A DNA stretch of 64,000 nt. Source: Vicinamibacterales bacterium (GTDB lineage: Bacteria; Acidobacteriota; Vicinamibacteria; Vicinamibacterales; UBA2999). The stretch covers positions 60,111 through 124,110 of the forward strand of contig DASYRM010000113.1 in NCBI GenBank assembly GCA_036004405.1, written 5' to 3'. Below the pieces are notes generated by a model, which had not been told where the DNA came from, searched no databases, and saw only the letters and a program-made list of their open reading frames with translations. The translations under genes and the position numbers were made by a program. Positions 27,645 through 37,657 of the stretch are shown one piece after another; positions within the stretch are counted from its first letter, which is position 1; each line of letters begins with the position of its first letter.

Positions 27645-28781
27645 TCAGAACCGCAGGAAGTAGCCCACCGACACGGTCGCGTGGACGGTCGTGCCCTGGC
27701 TGGTGAACGTCTTGAAGCCGTCGATGCGCGCCCCGCTGAGCGTGGAATCGAGCCCGACAAAGTTGCTGAACTGGATGCTGGGGACCAGCGTCGAGGCGAT
27801 CAGCCCCATCGGTTGTGTGCCGACCACGACGCGCGGTGACGCGTCCACCAGCAGATCCAAGGTGTTCTTGCTGATGTACGCGCGAACGTCGGCGCGAACG
27901 CCCCACCGGTTCGAGCCGAACACTCGGACGCCGCCGCCGAGCACGGTGGTCAGCGGATGCTGGCGAGCGCTCACGAGCCGCACGGTGACGGTGTCGGTCT
28001 CGTTGACCGGGAAATAGCCCGTCAGCGCACCGAGGCTGTCGAATCGATAGCTGCCGGCGAGCGTCGCGCGCGGCAGGTCGCCGCTCTTCATGACCACGCC
28101 GGCTCCCACCGCCGCGTACGGCACGATGCGCCCGCGCGTGGCCAGGTTGATGGTCAGCGCCCCGCTCGTAAAGAGCTGCCGTCCGCGGTCGTCGTCGATC
28201 GTCGAGACGGATGCGATCGCAGGATTGATGAAGACGATGCCGGCTCCGCTGGTGACCAGACCGGTGCGCTCGTTCCAGGCGCCGACGAAACTGGCACGCG
28301 TGCTTTCGATGCCGGCGAGCGCGGTATCCGTGAACTTCGCGTGCCCTTGGGGAGCGTCGAGCGTGAATTCGACCCCGAATCGTGGCGTGAGAGTCCTTCC
28401 AATCCGGAAGCCGACGCTGCCGCCAGTGCCGCGCCGCGCGACGGCGCTCTGCAGCACGGGATCGAGCGGCGTGACTCGGCCGCTGAGGAGAGTGGAGGAA
28501 AAAGACGCGTTGATCTGATTGAGAAGAACTGCGCCGTCGCCGAAGTACCACGTAGAGGCGCGGCGGCTCGGGAAGCCGACAATTGTCGTGAACGAGGCGC
28601 CCGCCGGTGGAAGGGCGCCGCGGCCGTCGGTGCTGCTCCGGTCGAAGCCGCCTCCGCCATGGATCTCCACTTCCCAACGGGGCTCTTTCGACCTCGACGC
28701 CGATTGCGCTCCTGCGCCGCTGGGAGCCACGAGCAGCAACAACCCGACGATCAGAATCTCAGCGCGACAGCGCATGGGCAC
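27645..28781 (-). CDS. Outer-membrane beta-barrel protein (hypothetical)
   Basis: 378 aa. Signal peptide. Alternating amphipathic beta strands. Terminal aromatic residue (…GYFLRF) typical of BAM substrates. Confidence 0.6.
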   Translation of the reverse strand: MPMRCRAEILIVGLLLLVAPSGAGAQSASRSKEPRWEVEIHGGGGFDRSSTDGRGALPPAGASFTTIVGFPSRRASTWYFGDGAVLLNQINASFSSTLLSGRVTPLDPVLQSAVARRGTGGSVGFRIGRTLTPRFGVEFTLDAPQGHAKFTDTALAGIESTRASFVGAWNERTGLVTSGAGIVFINPAIASVSTIDDDRGRQLFTSGALTINLATRGRIVPYAAVGAGVVMKSGDLPRATLAGSYRFDSLGALTGYFPVNETDTVTVRLVSARQHPLTTVLGGGVRVFGSNRWGVRADVRAYISKNTLDLLVDASPRVVVGTQPMGLIASTLVPSIQFSNFVGLDSTLSGARIDGFKTFTSQGTTVHATVSVGYFLRF

Positions 28782-28833
28782 CTCGACAACGGATAACGTC
28801 GCGAGCGCGAGATTCGTACAGGGTCGCCCTGAT

Positions 28834-29730
28834 CTATGGCTGCTGTTTCTTGAGCCAGGGGAGGAAGCGCTCGTTTTCGCCGCAGACGAACTCGATGAGG
28901 TCGGTGTCGGCGAGCAGGCGCTGATTGACGCGCACCGTCCAGGGCTTCGTGTAGGCCTTTGGATCGTCGATGGTGATGTCGATCTCGAGGCGGCCGACGT
29001 TGACGCGACGGAAGCGCTCGATCAGCTTGCCCTCGGTCGTCAGCGGCGCTCCGTTCACGTCGAGCCAGCCCTCGTCGCGGAAGTTCGTGCTCTCCACCAC
29101 CAGCGTGTCGCCTTCCCACCAGCCGCGGGAGTAGCCGAACCACCACGGCTGCGCGTCCTTCGACGGCGCCGGACGGCCGTCCATGAAAATCTGGCGCACC
29201 CCCGCGTTGGCCTCGTAGAGGATCACGATCAGATCGGCGGTTTGAATGATCTTGCGCGGCTGCGAGTGCGTGTGCAGCTGCATGTAGCCGAGCGGCAGGC
29301 ACGCGGCGTCGGGATTGTCCGCGCTGTTGCGGGCCATGCGCTGGCGCCGCAGCTCGCGCGCCCATGGAGTGAAGGGCAGCCCTTCCTTGAAGCCGGCCTC
29401 GATGTTCCAGAACGTCGCTTCGGGCGGCGTACCCGGCGGGGGCGGCGGCGGTCCGCCGCGGAAGCCGAGCACGCCGGCGAAGTTCCAGATGCCGGAGAAG
29501 TCGATTTTGCCGGCCGCCGTGCGTGGCGCCGGCGCCGACAAATCCGGCTTGCCGTCGGCGGTCCGCGGCGTCTTCGCGTCGCGATACGCCGGCCACTGGG
29601 CGCCGATCGACACCGACATCGCGACGACGACGGCAAGCGTCGCCGCCGCTCGTAGAGGCGAACCTTGAGGTTCGCCTGCGCCTCCAGACGGACCTTCTGA
29701 AGGTTCGCCTCTACGTACGAGTGACGACAT
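28834..29730 (-). CDS. Secreted protein, paralog family member 1 (GKPDLSG-W / GRWEGDTLVVE / DPxxYTxPW motifs). Function unknown
   Basis: 298 aa. One of four related genes in the window (also 33069..33917, 53161..54009 and the C-terminal domain of 56313..57461). The N-terminal 25 codons are encoded by a REP-like palindrome. Confidence 0.7.
   Translation of the reverse strand: MSSLVRRGEPSEGPSGGAGEPQGSPLRAAATLAVVVAMSVSIGAQWPAYRDAKTPRTADGKPDLSAPAPRTAAGKIDFSGIWNFAGVLGFRGGPPPPPPGTPPEATFWNIEAGFKEGLPFTPWARELRRQRMARNSADNPDAACLPLGYMQLHTHSQPRKIIQTADLIVILYEANAGVRQIFMDGRPAPSKDAQPWWFGYSRGWWEGDTLVVESTNFRDEGWLDVNGAPLTTEGKLIERFRRVNVGRLEIDITIDDPKAYTKPWTVRVNQRLLADTDLIEFVCGENERFLPWLKKQQP
29652..29715. repeat. 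Compound REP-like palindrome (GAGGCGAACC-TTGA-GGTTCGCCTG plus outer inverted repeat) inside the 5' coding region of 28834..29730
   Basis: Same AGGCG[G/A]ACC-TNNA-GGT[C/T]CGCCT family as the elements at 40195 and 48035. Confidence 0.55.
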
Positions 29731-29733
29731 GCG

Positions 29734-30747
29734 CTAGTTGCCGCTCAGATTGCCGGGCCACGGCGACGTGACGTGATACGTCGCTGCCGGGCCGACCATC
29801 TCCACGCGCCGGATCTTGGCGTTTTCGATCAGGAACGCTTCGCTCACGAGGATGCTGCTCGGACGGTTGAACCCGGGGTAGCTGTGTTTGGTGCCGTCGG
29901 AGAGCACGCCCGAGTTCACCGTGCCCTGGTCGAACGTGCAGTGCGCCCAGACCACCCCGCGCTCCTGGTCCACCAGCGGATAGCGGCGGTGATGGATGTT
30001 CTGCACCACGTAATAGAGCCCCTTCTGGAACTGCGTCAGGCAGTCCATCGAGAACAGGTTGATCGTGCCCGGAGCCTGGTTCGGCGGTGCCGGGACGTTC
30101 GTCGTCGGCGCGCCGTTCTCGATGCGGTGGCAGTCGTTGGTGAACGGATAGGTGGGCGAGCCGTTCACGCCCTTGCCGTCGTTCTTCTGCAGGCCGCTGA
30201 AGTAGGCGTCGGCGACCGAGATCATCTGCTGCCGCGACAGCCGCTGCGCCGGCGGGATGGTCCGGAACCACAGGTCTTCGGCCTTGCCCATCTTGTCCAT
30301 GGCGGCGATGTTGTTGGGACCGCCGCCGCCCGGCTTGAAGTAGATCGACTCGATCTCGGTGATGCGCCCGAGCTCCACGCGCAGGCGCAGGCTCATGAGG
30401 ATCGGCGTGCCCGCCTCCATCATCGTGCCCATCATCGCGACCTGGCCGAACTCGGGATCCGCGAAGACGTGGCGGTAGTTGCCCAGGCCCTGTGCGGTTT
30501 TCCAGAACCCGTCGCCGACGTCGATCACCTGGTTGTTCTCGGTGTACATCACGTCCTTCGAGAGCGGCACCCTCGACGGATCGTGGGCCACCACAGCCTT
30601 CAGGTACTGATCGATGAGGCCCTCGAGGCAGGCGCGGTTGCAGTCGAGCGGAATCGGTCCCGTCGAGCCGCTGACGCGAGTGCCGAGCGAACCCACGAGA
30701 AGCGCCGCGCAAACCGCGGCCACGGCCAGTGTCGAGCGCATGGACAT
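29734..30747 (-). CDS. Secreted hypothetical protein
   Basis: 337 aa. Signal peptide. 3-nt spacing to downstream paralog-1 gene (co-transcribed). No confident domain call (possibly NTF2-like N-terminus). Confidence 0.55.
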   Translation of the reverse strand: MSMRSTLAVAAVCAALLVGSLGTRVSGSTGPIPLDCNRACLEGLIDQYLKAVVAHDPSRVPLSKDVMYTENNQVIDVGDGFWKTAQGLGNYRHVFADPEFGQVAMMGTMMEAGTPILMSLRLRVELGRITEIESIYFKPGGGGPNNIAAMDKMGKAEDLWFRTIPPAQRLSRQQMISVADAYFSGLQKNDGKGVNGSPTYPFTNDCHRIENGAPTTNVPAPPNQAPGTINLFSMDCLTQFQKGLYYVVQNIHHRRYPLVDQERGVVWAHCTFDQGTVNSGVLSDGTKHSYPGFNRPSSILVSEAFLIENAKIRRVEMVGPAATYHVTSPWPGNLSGN

Positions 30748-30965
30748 CCTCCTGATAAGGCCGTGATTCTACCCCTCCGAACCTCCGCCGGGCGGTCTTC
30801 GTCTCATCCTCTTGTGACCACACTGCAACCCACCCCGCCGTGGTCCGCTCTCGGCGCGTTCCCGCCGAAATAGGCTCCCACCCCCAATCGCGTACGATCG
30901 CCCCCCTGTCCGTCGTGTGACGGACTGGAGCCCGTGCGCGCAACGTCCCGCCCGTCCGCGGGCAT

Positions 30966-33017
30966 TTGAGAGGACCGTGTGTCATGCCTGTGCTGTCTCT
31001 GTCGCTCGTGTTGTGGGTCGTGCTCGGCTTGTTCATCGCCGCCGTGTTCGTCCTCACCTTCCGGTACATCCCCAACGACCGTGTCGGCATCGTCGAGAAG
31101 CTGTGGAGCCCCTCGGGCTCGGTGAAGAGCGGCATCATCGCGCTGCAGGGTGAGGCCGGCTTTCAGCCGGACTTGCTGCGAGGCGGGTGGCACGTGCTGG
31201 TCCCGTTTCAGTACCGCCTGCACAAGATGTCGCTGGTGACGATCCCGCAGGGCAAGATCGGCTACGTGTTCGCGCGCGACGGCCAGCCGCTGCCGCCGAC
31301 GCAGACCCTGGCCGGCAATGTCACCGCGAACGACTTCCAGGACGTGACGGCGTTTCTGCGCGCCGGCGGCCAGCGCGGGCCGCAGCGGAAGATCCTCCGC
31401 GAAGGCACCTACGCGATCAACACCGCGCAGTTCGTGATCGTCACGAGCGAGCGCGTCTATTTCCTGGCCTTCAACGAGGGCGAGGCCGAGACGTTCAAGC
31501 AGATGGCCCGCCTGATCGACGAGCGCGGCGGGTTCGAGCCGGTCGTGATCAAGGACGCGCTGGACGCCATCGGGATCGTCACCGTACACGACGGCGCCTC
31601 GCTCCCTGACGGGCAGATCATCGCCCACACCGTTGGCGACGAAGCCGGGACCCCGGAGCTCTACCACAACAACTTCCAGGATCCGGAGAAGTTCCTGCTC
31701 GCCGGCGGGCTGCGCGGCCGGCAGCTCCAGACGCTGGTCGAGGGCACCTACTACATCAACCGGCTGTTTGCGACCGTCGAGATGATTCCCAAGACGACCA
31801 TCGAGGTCGGCAACGTCGGCGTCGTGGTGTCCTACACGGGCGACGCGGGAGTGGATCTCACGGGCGAGCAGTACAAGCACGGCGAGCTGGTGAAGAAGGA
31901 CTCGCGCGGCGTGTGGAACGTGCCGCTGCTGCCGGGCAAGTATGCGTTCAACACCTACGCCGGCAAGGTGTTGTCGGTGCCGACCACCAATTTCATCCTG
32001 AAGTGGAACAAATCGGAGTCCGGCTCGCACCACTACGACGAAAACCTGTCGGAAGTGCTGCTCATCACCAAGGACGCCTTCGAGCCGTCGCTGCCGCTGT
32101 CGGTCGTCGTGCACATCGACTACCGCAAGGCGCCGCTGGTGATCCAGCGCTTCGGCGACATCAAGAAGCTCGTCGAGCAGACCCTCGACCCGATGGTCTC
32201 GGCCTATTTCAAGAACGTCGGGCAGACGCGCACGCTGATTCAGCTGATTCAGGATCGCAGCGCGATTCAACAGCAGTCCGGCGAACAGATGAAGGCGAAG
32301 TTCGCCGAATACAACCTCGAGCTGCAGGAGGTGCTCATCGGTACGCCGACGGCCGGCACGCCGGGCAGCCAGATCGAGACGATCCTGACGCAGCTGCGGT
32401 CGCGCCAGATCGCCGAGGAGCAGGTGGAAACCTACACCCGGCAGGAAAAGGCGGCGATGAAGGAGAAGGAGCTGCGCGAGGCCGAGTCGCGCGCCAAGCA
32501 GCAGACGTTCATCACCGAATCGGAGCTGTCGATCGCCATCCAGTCCAACCAGGGCAAGGCCGAGTACGAGCGGTCGCGTCAGGAAGCGGCCCGCATTCAG
32601 ACGCTTGCCACCGCCGAGGCCGAGAAGGTCCGCATCATGGGCGAGGGCGAAGCGAAGCGGATCCAGGCGATTGCCGGCGCGGATGCCGAGCGGACCGCGC
32701 GCGTCGGCGTGGCGCAGGCCATGGCCATCGAGGAACAGGTGCGCGCCTACGGCGGCCCGCGCCTGCAGTTGACGCAGCAGGTGTTGAACCGCTTCGCCGA
32801 GGCGATTCAGGTGTCGCAGGTGGACGTGGTGCCGAAGATCCTGATTGCCGGCCAGAACGGCAAGGACGGCGCGCCGATGACGGGCAACGTCATGGAAGCG
32901 CTGCTGACGATGATGCTGTCGGATCGGCTGGGCGGGGACATTGCCGCGCCGTCGACGCCGCGGAACGCGTCGGCGGATGCCATCCGCAAGCGCATCGAAG
33001 ACGACATGAAGCGCTAA
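30966..33017 (+). CDS. Flotillin-like SPFH/band-7 domain protein
   Basis: 683 aa. N-terminal TM. SPFH domain. Long C-terminal coiled coil with EA-rich flotillin repeats (...AEAEKVRIMGEGEAKRIQAIAGADAERTAR...). Confidence 0.8.
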   Translation: MRGPCVMPVLSLSLVLWVVLGLFIAAVFVLTFRYIPNDRVGIVEKLWSPSGSVKSGIIALQGEAGFQPDLLRGGWHVLVPFQYRLHKMSLVTIPQGKIGYVFARDGQPLPPTQTLAGNVTANDFQDVTAFLRAGGQRGPQRKILREGTYAINTAQFVIVTSERVYFLAFNEGEAETFKQMARLIDERGGFEPVVIKDALDAIGIVTVHDGASLPDGQIIAHTVGDEAGTPELYHNNFQDPEKFLLAGGLRGRQLQTLVEGTYYINRLFATVEMIPKTTIEVGNVGVVVSYTGDAGVDLTGEQYKHGELVKKDSRGVWNVPLLPGKYAFNTYAGKVLSVPTTNFILKWNKSESGSHHYDENLSEVLLITKDAFEPSLPLSVVVHIDYRKAPLVIQRFGDIKKLVEQTLDPMVSAYFKNVGQTRTLIQLIQDRSAIQQQSGEQMKAKFAEYNLELQEVLIGTPTAGTPGSQIETILTQLRSRQIAEEQVETYTRQEKAAMKEKELREAESRAKQQTFITESELSIAIQSNQGKAEYERSRQEAARIQTLATAEAEKVRIMGEGEAKRIQAIAGADAERTARVGVAQAMAIEEQVRAYGGPRLQLTQQVLNRFAEAIQVSQVDVVPKILIAGQNGKDGAPMTGNVMEALLTMMLSDRLGGDIAAPSTPRNASADAIRKRIEDDMKR

Positions 33018-33039
33018 GAGCGCGCTGCAGAATCGACGT

Positions 33040-33061
33040 GGGGGCCGCCTTCAGGCGGCCC
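33040..33061. repeat. REP-like hairpin GGGGGCCGCC-TTCA-GGCGGCCC between convergent genes
   Basis: Perfect inverted repeat 23 nt after the flotillin stop. Member of the GGGCCGCC family. Confidence 0.6.
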
Positions 33062-33068
33062 TTCACGG

Positions 33069-33917
33069 CTATTTCGCGTTGAGCAGGTGGGTCTGATCCC
33101 TCTCGTTCTCGTTGCAGAAGTATTCGAGGATGTCGGTATCGGGCTGCAGCAGGTGGGTCACCTTGATCGTGAACGGCCGCGTGTAGACGACTGGATCGTC
33201 GAACGTGAGCTCCACGTCGAGGTGCCCCACGTCGCGCCGGCGATAGCGCTCGGTGATGCGCATCTTCTCGCTGCGCGGGTGGCCGAAGATGTCGAGCGGC
33301 CCCTTGCCGTTGAAGCCGACGGTCTCCACCACCAGCGTGTCGCGATCCCACCGCCCGATCGAGTAGCCGAGCCACGACGGGTTCGGATCCGCGGGCAGCG
33401 GCCGGCCGTCGGTGTAGACCTGCCGCGTGGCGTTGTCGAGCTCGTGCATGATCAGCGTCAGGCCGGGCGTCTGCACGATCTTGGTGAATTCCGAGAGCAG
33501 CGTCGCCAGCGGGATGCTGGCCGGCAGGCAGCGCGTCAGGGTGTCGAGACCGGAGCTGTGCTCGTTGCGGCGCGCGATCTCGTCGGCGACGTCCTTGCGG
33601 ATCGGCTCTTCGCCGGGCTTGAAGTCGATCAACACGCTGAGGCCGTATTTCGAGATCGTGTCGGCGGTCATGCCCGGCACTTCTACCGCATCCACGTCGT
33701 TGCCGAAGATGCGTTTCATGGCCGGAAGCCCGGTCGGCTCGACGTGCCACACGCCCGACAAGTCCGGTTTGCCTTCGCGCGTGCGCGGAGCCGCCGCGCT
33801 CAGGTTCACCTTGCCGTCCTTCGTGCGCGGCAGTCCTGGCGTCGGGTAGTTCACCCACTGCGCCTGTACGGCTTCGGTGGCCAGGCACAACATCAATGCA
33901 AGGAGGAAGCGAGACAT
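33069..33917 (-). CDS. Secreted protein, paralog family member 2
   Basis: 282 aa. Signal peptide (VQA|QW). GKPDLSGVW, CLPASIP, YSIGRWDRDTLVVETVGF, ERYRRRD, DDPVVYTRPFT motifs. Confidence 0.7.
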   Translation of the reverse strand: MSRFLLALMLCLATEAVQAQWVNYPTPGLPRTKDGKVNLSAAAPRTREGKPDLSGVWHVEPTGLPAMKRIFGNDVDAVEVPGMTADTISKYGLSVLIDFKPGEEPIRKDVADEIARRNEHSSGLDTLTRCLPASIPLATLLSEFTKIVQTPGLTLIMHELDNATRQVYTDGRPLPADPNPSWLGYSIGRWDRDTLVVETVGFNGKGPLDIFGHPRSEKMRITERYRRRDVGHLDVELTFDDPVVYTRPFTIKVTHLLQPDTDILEYFCNENERDQTHLLNAK

Positions 33918-33937
33918 GCGCGTAGACTAATCGAATC

Positions 33938-34831
33938 GTGCGCCTGCCGTGCGTGTCTTCGTTTGCGCTTCTAGTGCTCGCTGCCGGTCCGGCGGTGGGT
34001 CAATCCATCACCGTCGATCCGTCATCCTCCGCGCCGGCGGTGCCCGACTCGGGGTCGGTGCTGGTGTCGGCCGATGCCGCAGCGTGCGCGAGGAGCGTGA
34101 CGCTGACACTGGCGACGGTCACGCGTCGAGTCACGAACGCGGGTCGGCCTGGATCCAGTCGGTCGGCGGTCGCTACCTCGCGCGTCGGAGCCGCGTGCCG
34201 GTGGCGCATCGACGGGCTCGCGGCCGGCGAGTACGAGGTCGACCTCTGGGGCCCGGGAGGGTCTGGAGGTGTCGCCACGGTGATGGCGCCTCCAGGCACC
34301 CTGCGCGAAGTGCGGATCCCGGGATCCACCGTTCATGTGACCGGGACGATCCGGATCAATGGCGCGGCCGTCGAGCGTGCTCGCCTGTTGTTTGCGGGTC
34401 AACCCAGTCAAGCCGGCGGAAGGACAGTGGAGACCGACGCAGCCGGGCGCTTCGACGTGACGCTTGCACGGCCCGGCGACTACCGCGTGTTCATCTCCGG
34501 CGATTCGGTCTTCTCCCAGTCGAGGGCAGCGTCGTTCGACGCCGGCGACGATGAATGGGACTCGAACATCGTGGGCGGCGTCGTGATGATGGACGTCATC
34601 CCCTCGAGCAGCGGCGGGAATCTCGAGTTCTCGTTCGAGCAGGCAAACGGGTCTTTCTGGGGCGGAGGGGTGCCCAACGTCCGAACGCGTCTTCTCAAGC
34701 GCGGCGTTCCAGCCGGTACGTATCAGCTCTCGCTCAAGCGGAACAGCCAGCGCGTGTCCGACGTGACCACCGTGACCATCGAAGACGATCGTTCGACCGC
34801 GGACGTGGTGCTGCGGGAAGTCGCCCGCTAA
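33938..34831 (+). CDS. Secreted CarboxypepD_reg-like domain protein
   Basis: 297 aa. Signal peptide. Beta-sandwich motifs (TDAAGRFDVTLARPGDYRV). Confidence 0.6.
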   Translation: MRLPCVSSFALLVLAAGPAVGQSITVDPSSSAPAVPDSGSVLVSADAAACARSVTLTLATVTRRVTNAGRPGSSRSAVATSRVGAACRWRIDGLAAGEYEVDLWGPGGSGGVATVMAPPGTLREVRIPGSTVHVTGTIRINGAAVERARLLFAGQPSQAGGRTVETDAAGRFDVTLARPGDYRVFISGDSVFSQSRAASFDAGDDEWDSNIVGGVVMMDVIPSSSGGNLEFSFEQANGSFWGGGVPNVRTRLLKRGVPAGTYQLSLKRNSQRVSDVTTVTIEDDRSTADVVLREVAR

Positions 34832-34853
34832 TCCTTGTAGAGTAGGCGCGTCC

Positions 34854-36179
34854 ATGACGCGTCAGATGAGCGCGGCTCTCGTGTGGGTAGCGGTCGTCGC
34901 CTGGGCGGCGGGTGCCGCCGCGCAGCCGGCAGTCGACGAGCTCCGCATCATCGCGCCCGCGGCGCCCGGCGGCGGTTGGGATCAGACCGCGCGTGTCATG
35001 CAGACCGCGCTCCAGCGCGCGGGTCTCGTGCGCATCGCGCCGGTCGAGAACGTGCCGGGCGCGGCCGGCACGATCGGGCTGGCGCGGTTCATCGGCGCCG
35101 AAGCGGGACGCCGCGACGTGGTGATGGTGTCGGGCCTCATCATGCTCGGCGGCATCGTCACGCACCACGCGCCGGTGACGCTGCACGACGTCACGCTCCT
35201 GGCGCGCCTCACCGGCGAGTACGAGGTCATTGCCGTGCCGGCGACGTCGCCCTTCCGCACCCTGCGCGACCTGCTCGACGCGTTCACCGCGCGCCCCGAA
35301 TCAATCTCCTGGGGCGGCGGATCGGCCGGCGGCAGCGATCAGATCCTGGCGGGGCTGGTGGCCGACGCGGTCGGCGTGTCGCCCTCGCGCGTGAACTACA
35401 TCGCCTTCTCGGGTGGCGGCGAGTCGCTGGCCGCGATTCTCGGCGGCCAGGTGTCGGTGGGCGTCAACGGGCTGGCCGAGTTTGCGCCGCAGATCGAAGC
35501 GGGCACGCTGCGCCCGCTGGCGATCTCGAGCGCCGAACGGCTGCCGGGGGTGGAGGTGCCGACGCTGCGCGAGCAGGGGCTCGCGATCGATTTCGAAAAC
35601 TGGCGATCGCTGGTGGCGCCGCCGGGCGTCGCTCCCGCCGACCGCGCGCGGCTCGACTCGCTCATTGCGGCGATGGTCGTGTCACCGGCATGGCGCGAGT
35701 CGCTCGCGCGTTACCGGTGGCTGGACCGCTACCTGACGGGCGACGCCTTCTTGCAGTTCGCGGCCGCCGAAGAAACGCGGGTCAGAGACGTGCTGCGAAA
35801 GTTCGCGGCGGGGCAGGAGAGCAGCCGCACGTCGCCCGAGCCGTATCCCTGGCTGGTCATTGCCGGTCTGCTCGTGACCGGTGCGCTTCTCGCGAGACAG
35901 ATCGTCCGGTCCGGGCGCGGCCAGTCGGCAGAGGGCTCGGGCCGCGCGCCGGTGGCGCTGCTGGCGGCCGCGGCCGTGCTCCATCTCCTGCTGCTCGAAC
36001 GGGCCGGCTTCGTGCTGGCCGCGGCCGTGCTCTTCTGGCTCGCCGCGCGCGCGTTCGACCCCCGCCATCCGGTTCGTGACGGCATGTTCGCCGTCGGCGT
36101 GTCCGTGTCCACCTACCTGCTCTTCGCGCACGTCCTGCACCTGTCGCTGCCGGCGGGACTGCTGGCGGGCTGGCTGTGA
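34854..36179 (+). CDS. Tripartite tricarboxylate transporter substrate-binding protein TctC fused to TctB-like small membrane component
   Basis: 441 aa. Residues 1-320 look like a TctC/Bug family periplasmic binding protein. Residues about 325-441 form 3-4 TM helices resembling TctB. Single uninterrupted frame. Overlaps tctA by 4 nt. Confidence 0.7.
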   Translation: MTRQMSAALVWVAVVAWAAGAAAQPAVDELRIIAPAAPGGGWDQTARVMQTALQRAGLVRIAPVENVPGAAGTIGLARFIGAEAGRRDVVMVSGLIMLGGIVTHHAPVTLHDVTLLARLTGEYEVIAVPATSPFRTLRDLLDAFTARPESISWGGGSAGGSDQILAGLVADAVGVSPSRVNYIAFSGGGESLAAILGGQVSVGVNGLAEFAPQIEAGTLRPLAISSAERLPGVEVPTLREQGLAIDFENWRSLVAPPGVAPADRARLDSLIAAMVVSPAWRESLARYRWLDRYLTGDAFLQFAAAEETRVRDVLRKFAAGQESSRTSPEPYPWLVIAGLLVTGALLARQIVRSGRGQSAEGSGRAPVALLAAAAVLHLLLLERAGFVLAAAVLFWLAARAFDPRHPVRDGMFAVGVSVSTYLLFAHVLHLSLPAGLLAGWL

Positions 36180-37657
36180 ACACGATTGAGCTGCTGCGCG
36201 GCGGGTTCGACAGCGCACTCTCGTGGACCCACCTGCTGTGGGCGTTTGCCGGCGTGACGCTGGGGACGGCGGTGGGCGTGCTGCCGGGCATCGGCCCCGC
36301 GCTCACCGTGGCGCTGCTCCTGCCGATCACGTTCAACCTCGACCCGACCAGCGCCTTCATCATGTTCGGCGGCATCTACTACGGCGCGATGTATGGCGGC
36401 TCCACCACCAGCATCCTGCTGAACACACCGGGCGAGACGGCGTCGATCGCCACCGCCATCGATGGCTACGCGATGGCACGGCAGGGCCGCGGAGCATCGG
36501 CGCTCACGACGGCCGCCATCGGATCGTTCGTCGCCGGCACGCTGGCCACCATTGCGTTGACGTTCTTCTCGCCGCTCTTGGCGTCGGTGGCGCTCCGGTT
36601 CGGACCGGCCGAATATTTCGCGCTCGCCGTGCTGGCGTTCACGACGGTGTCGGCGCTCATCGGCGGGTCGCTCACGCGCGGGCTCTTCAGCCTGTTCCTC
36701 GGCCTCGCGCTGGGTCTCGTCGGCATCGACCAGCTGACGGGCGATGCGCGCTTCGCGTTCGGCATCCCACAGTTGCTCGACGGCATCGACGTGCTGATCC
36801 TGGTGATCGGGCTGTTTGCCGTCGGCGAGACGTTCTATCAGGCCTGGCGCCACGGGCGTGATGAACCCGAGGTGATTGCGCTGCAGACCTTCACCGGCAT
36901 GAGCCGCCAGGACTGGTCGCGATCCTGGCGTCCCTGGCTGCGGGGGACGGCCATCGGCTTTCCGCTCGGCGTCCTGCCGGTGGGCGGCTCGGTGATTCCC
37001 ACCTTTCTCTCGTACAGCGTGGAGAAGCGGTTGAGCGCGACGCCCGAGGAGTTCGGGCGCGGCGCCATCGAGGGCGTGGCGGGGCCCGAAGCGGCCAACA
37101 ACGCCGCGGCGGCGGGCGTACTGGTGCCGCTCCTCACGCTCGGCCTGCCGTCGTCGGCCACGGCCGCGGTGCTGCTCGCGGCCTTCGAGCAGTACGGGCT
37201 GCAGCCGGGACCGCTGCTGTTCTCGTCCCGTCCCGACCTGGTCTGGACGCTGATCGCGAGCCTCTACATCGGCAACGTGATGCTGCTCGTGCTCAACCTG
37301 CCGCTGGTCGGCGTGTGGGCGCGCGTCATGCTCGTCCCGCGGCCGCTGCTCTTCGGCGGCATCCTGGTACTCGCCTCGCTTGGCACCTACAGCCTCAACG
37401 CGTCGATGCTCGACGTCGTGCTGCTGTTCGCCACCGGCGTGGTCGGCTGCGCCATGCGTGTGCATGACGTGCCGCTGGTGCCGGCGGTGCTGGGGCTGGT
37501 GCTCGGGCCGCTGGCAGAGCTGCAGTTCCGGCGCGCGCTCGCGATCAGCGAAGGCGACCTGACCGTCTTCCTCACCCGCCCGCTGTGCGCGGCGCTGCTG
37601 GCCGTGTCGGTGGCGGCGCTGATTACGCCCGCGGTCGTCAAGGTGCGGCGCGCATGA
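36176..37657 (+). CDS. tctA: Tripartite tricarboxylate transporter permease TctA
   Basis: 493 aa, about 12 [15 protein letters not shown] and TctA-family conserved segments. Confidence 0.85.
   Translation: MNTIELLRGGFDSALSWTHLLWAFAGVTLGTAVGVLPGIGPALTVALLLPITFNLDPTSAFIMFGGIYYGAMYGGSTTSILLNTPGETASIATAIDGYAMARQGRGASALTTAAIGSFVAGTLATIALTFFSPLLASVALRFGPAEYFALAVLAFTTVSALIGGSLTRGLFSLFLGLALGLVGIDQLTGDARFAFGIPQLLDGIDVLILVIGLFAVGETFYQAWRHGRDEPEVIALQTFTGMSRQDWSRSWRPWLRGTAIGFPLGVLPVGGSVIPTFLSYSVEKRLSATPEEFGRGAIEGVAGPEAANNAAAAGVLVPLLTLGLPSSATAAVLLAAFEQYGLQPGPLLFSSRPDLVWTLIASLYIGNVMLLVLNLPLVGVWARVMLVPRPLLFGGILVLASLGTYSLNASMLDVVLLFATGVVGCAMRVHDVPLVPAVLGLVLGPLAELQFRRALAISEGDLTVFLTRPLCAALLAVSVAALITPAVVKVRRA

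Noticed and set aside
27032-27760. 5' extension of the M23 peptidase ORF (to 706 aa)
   Set aside because: Arg-rich junk. Overlaps the well-composed plus-strand gene 27173..27637. The natural start MRALLKF... gives a TM anchor.
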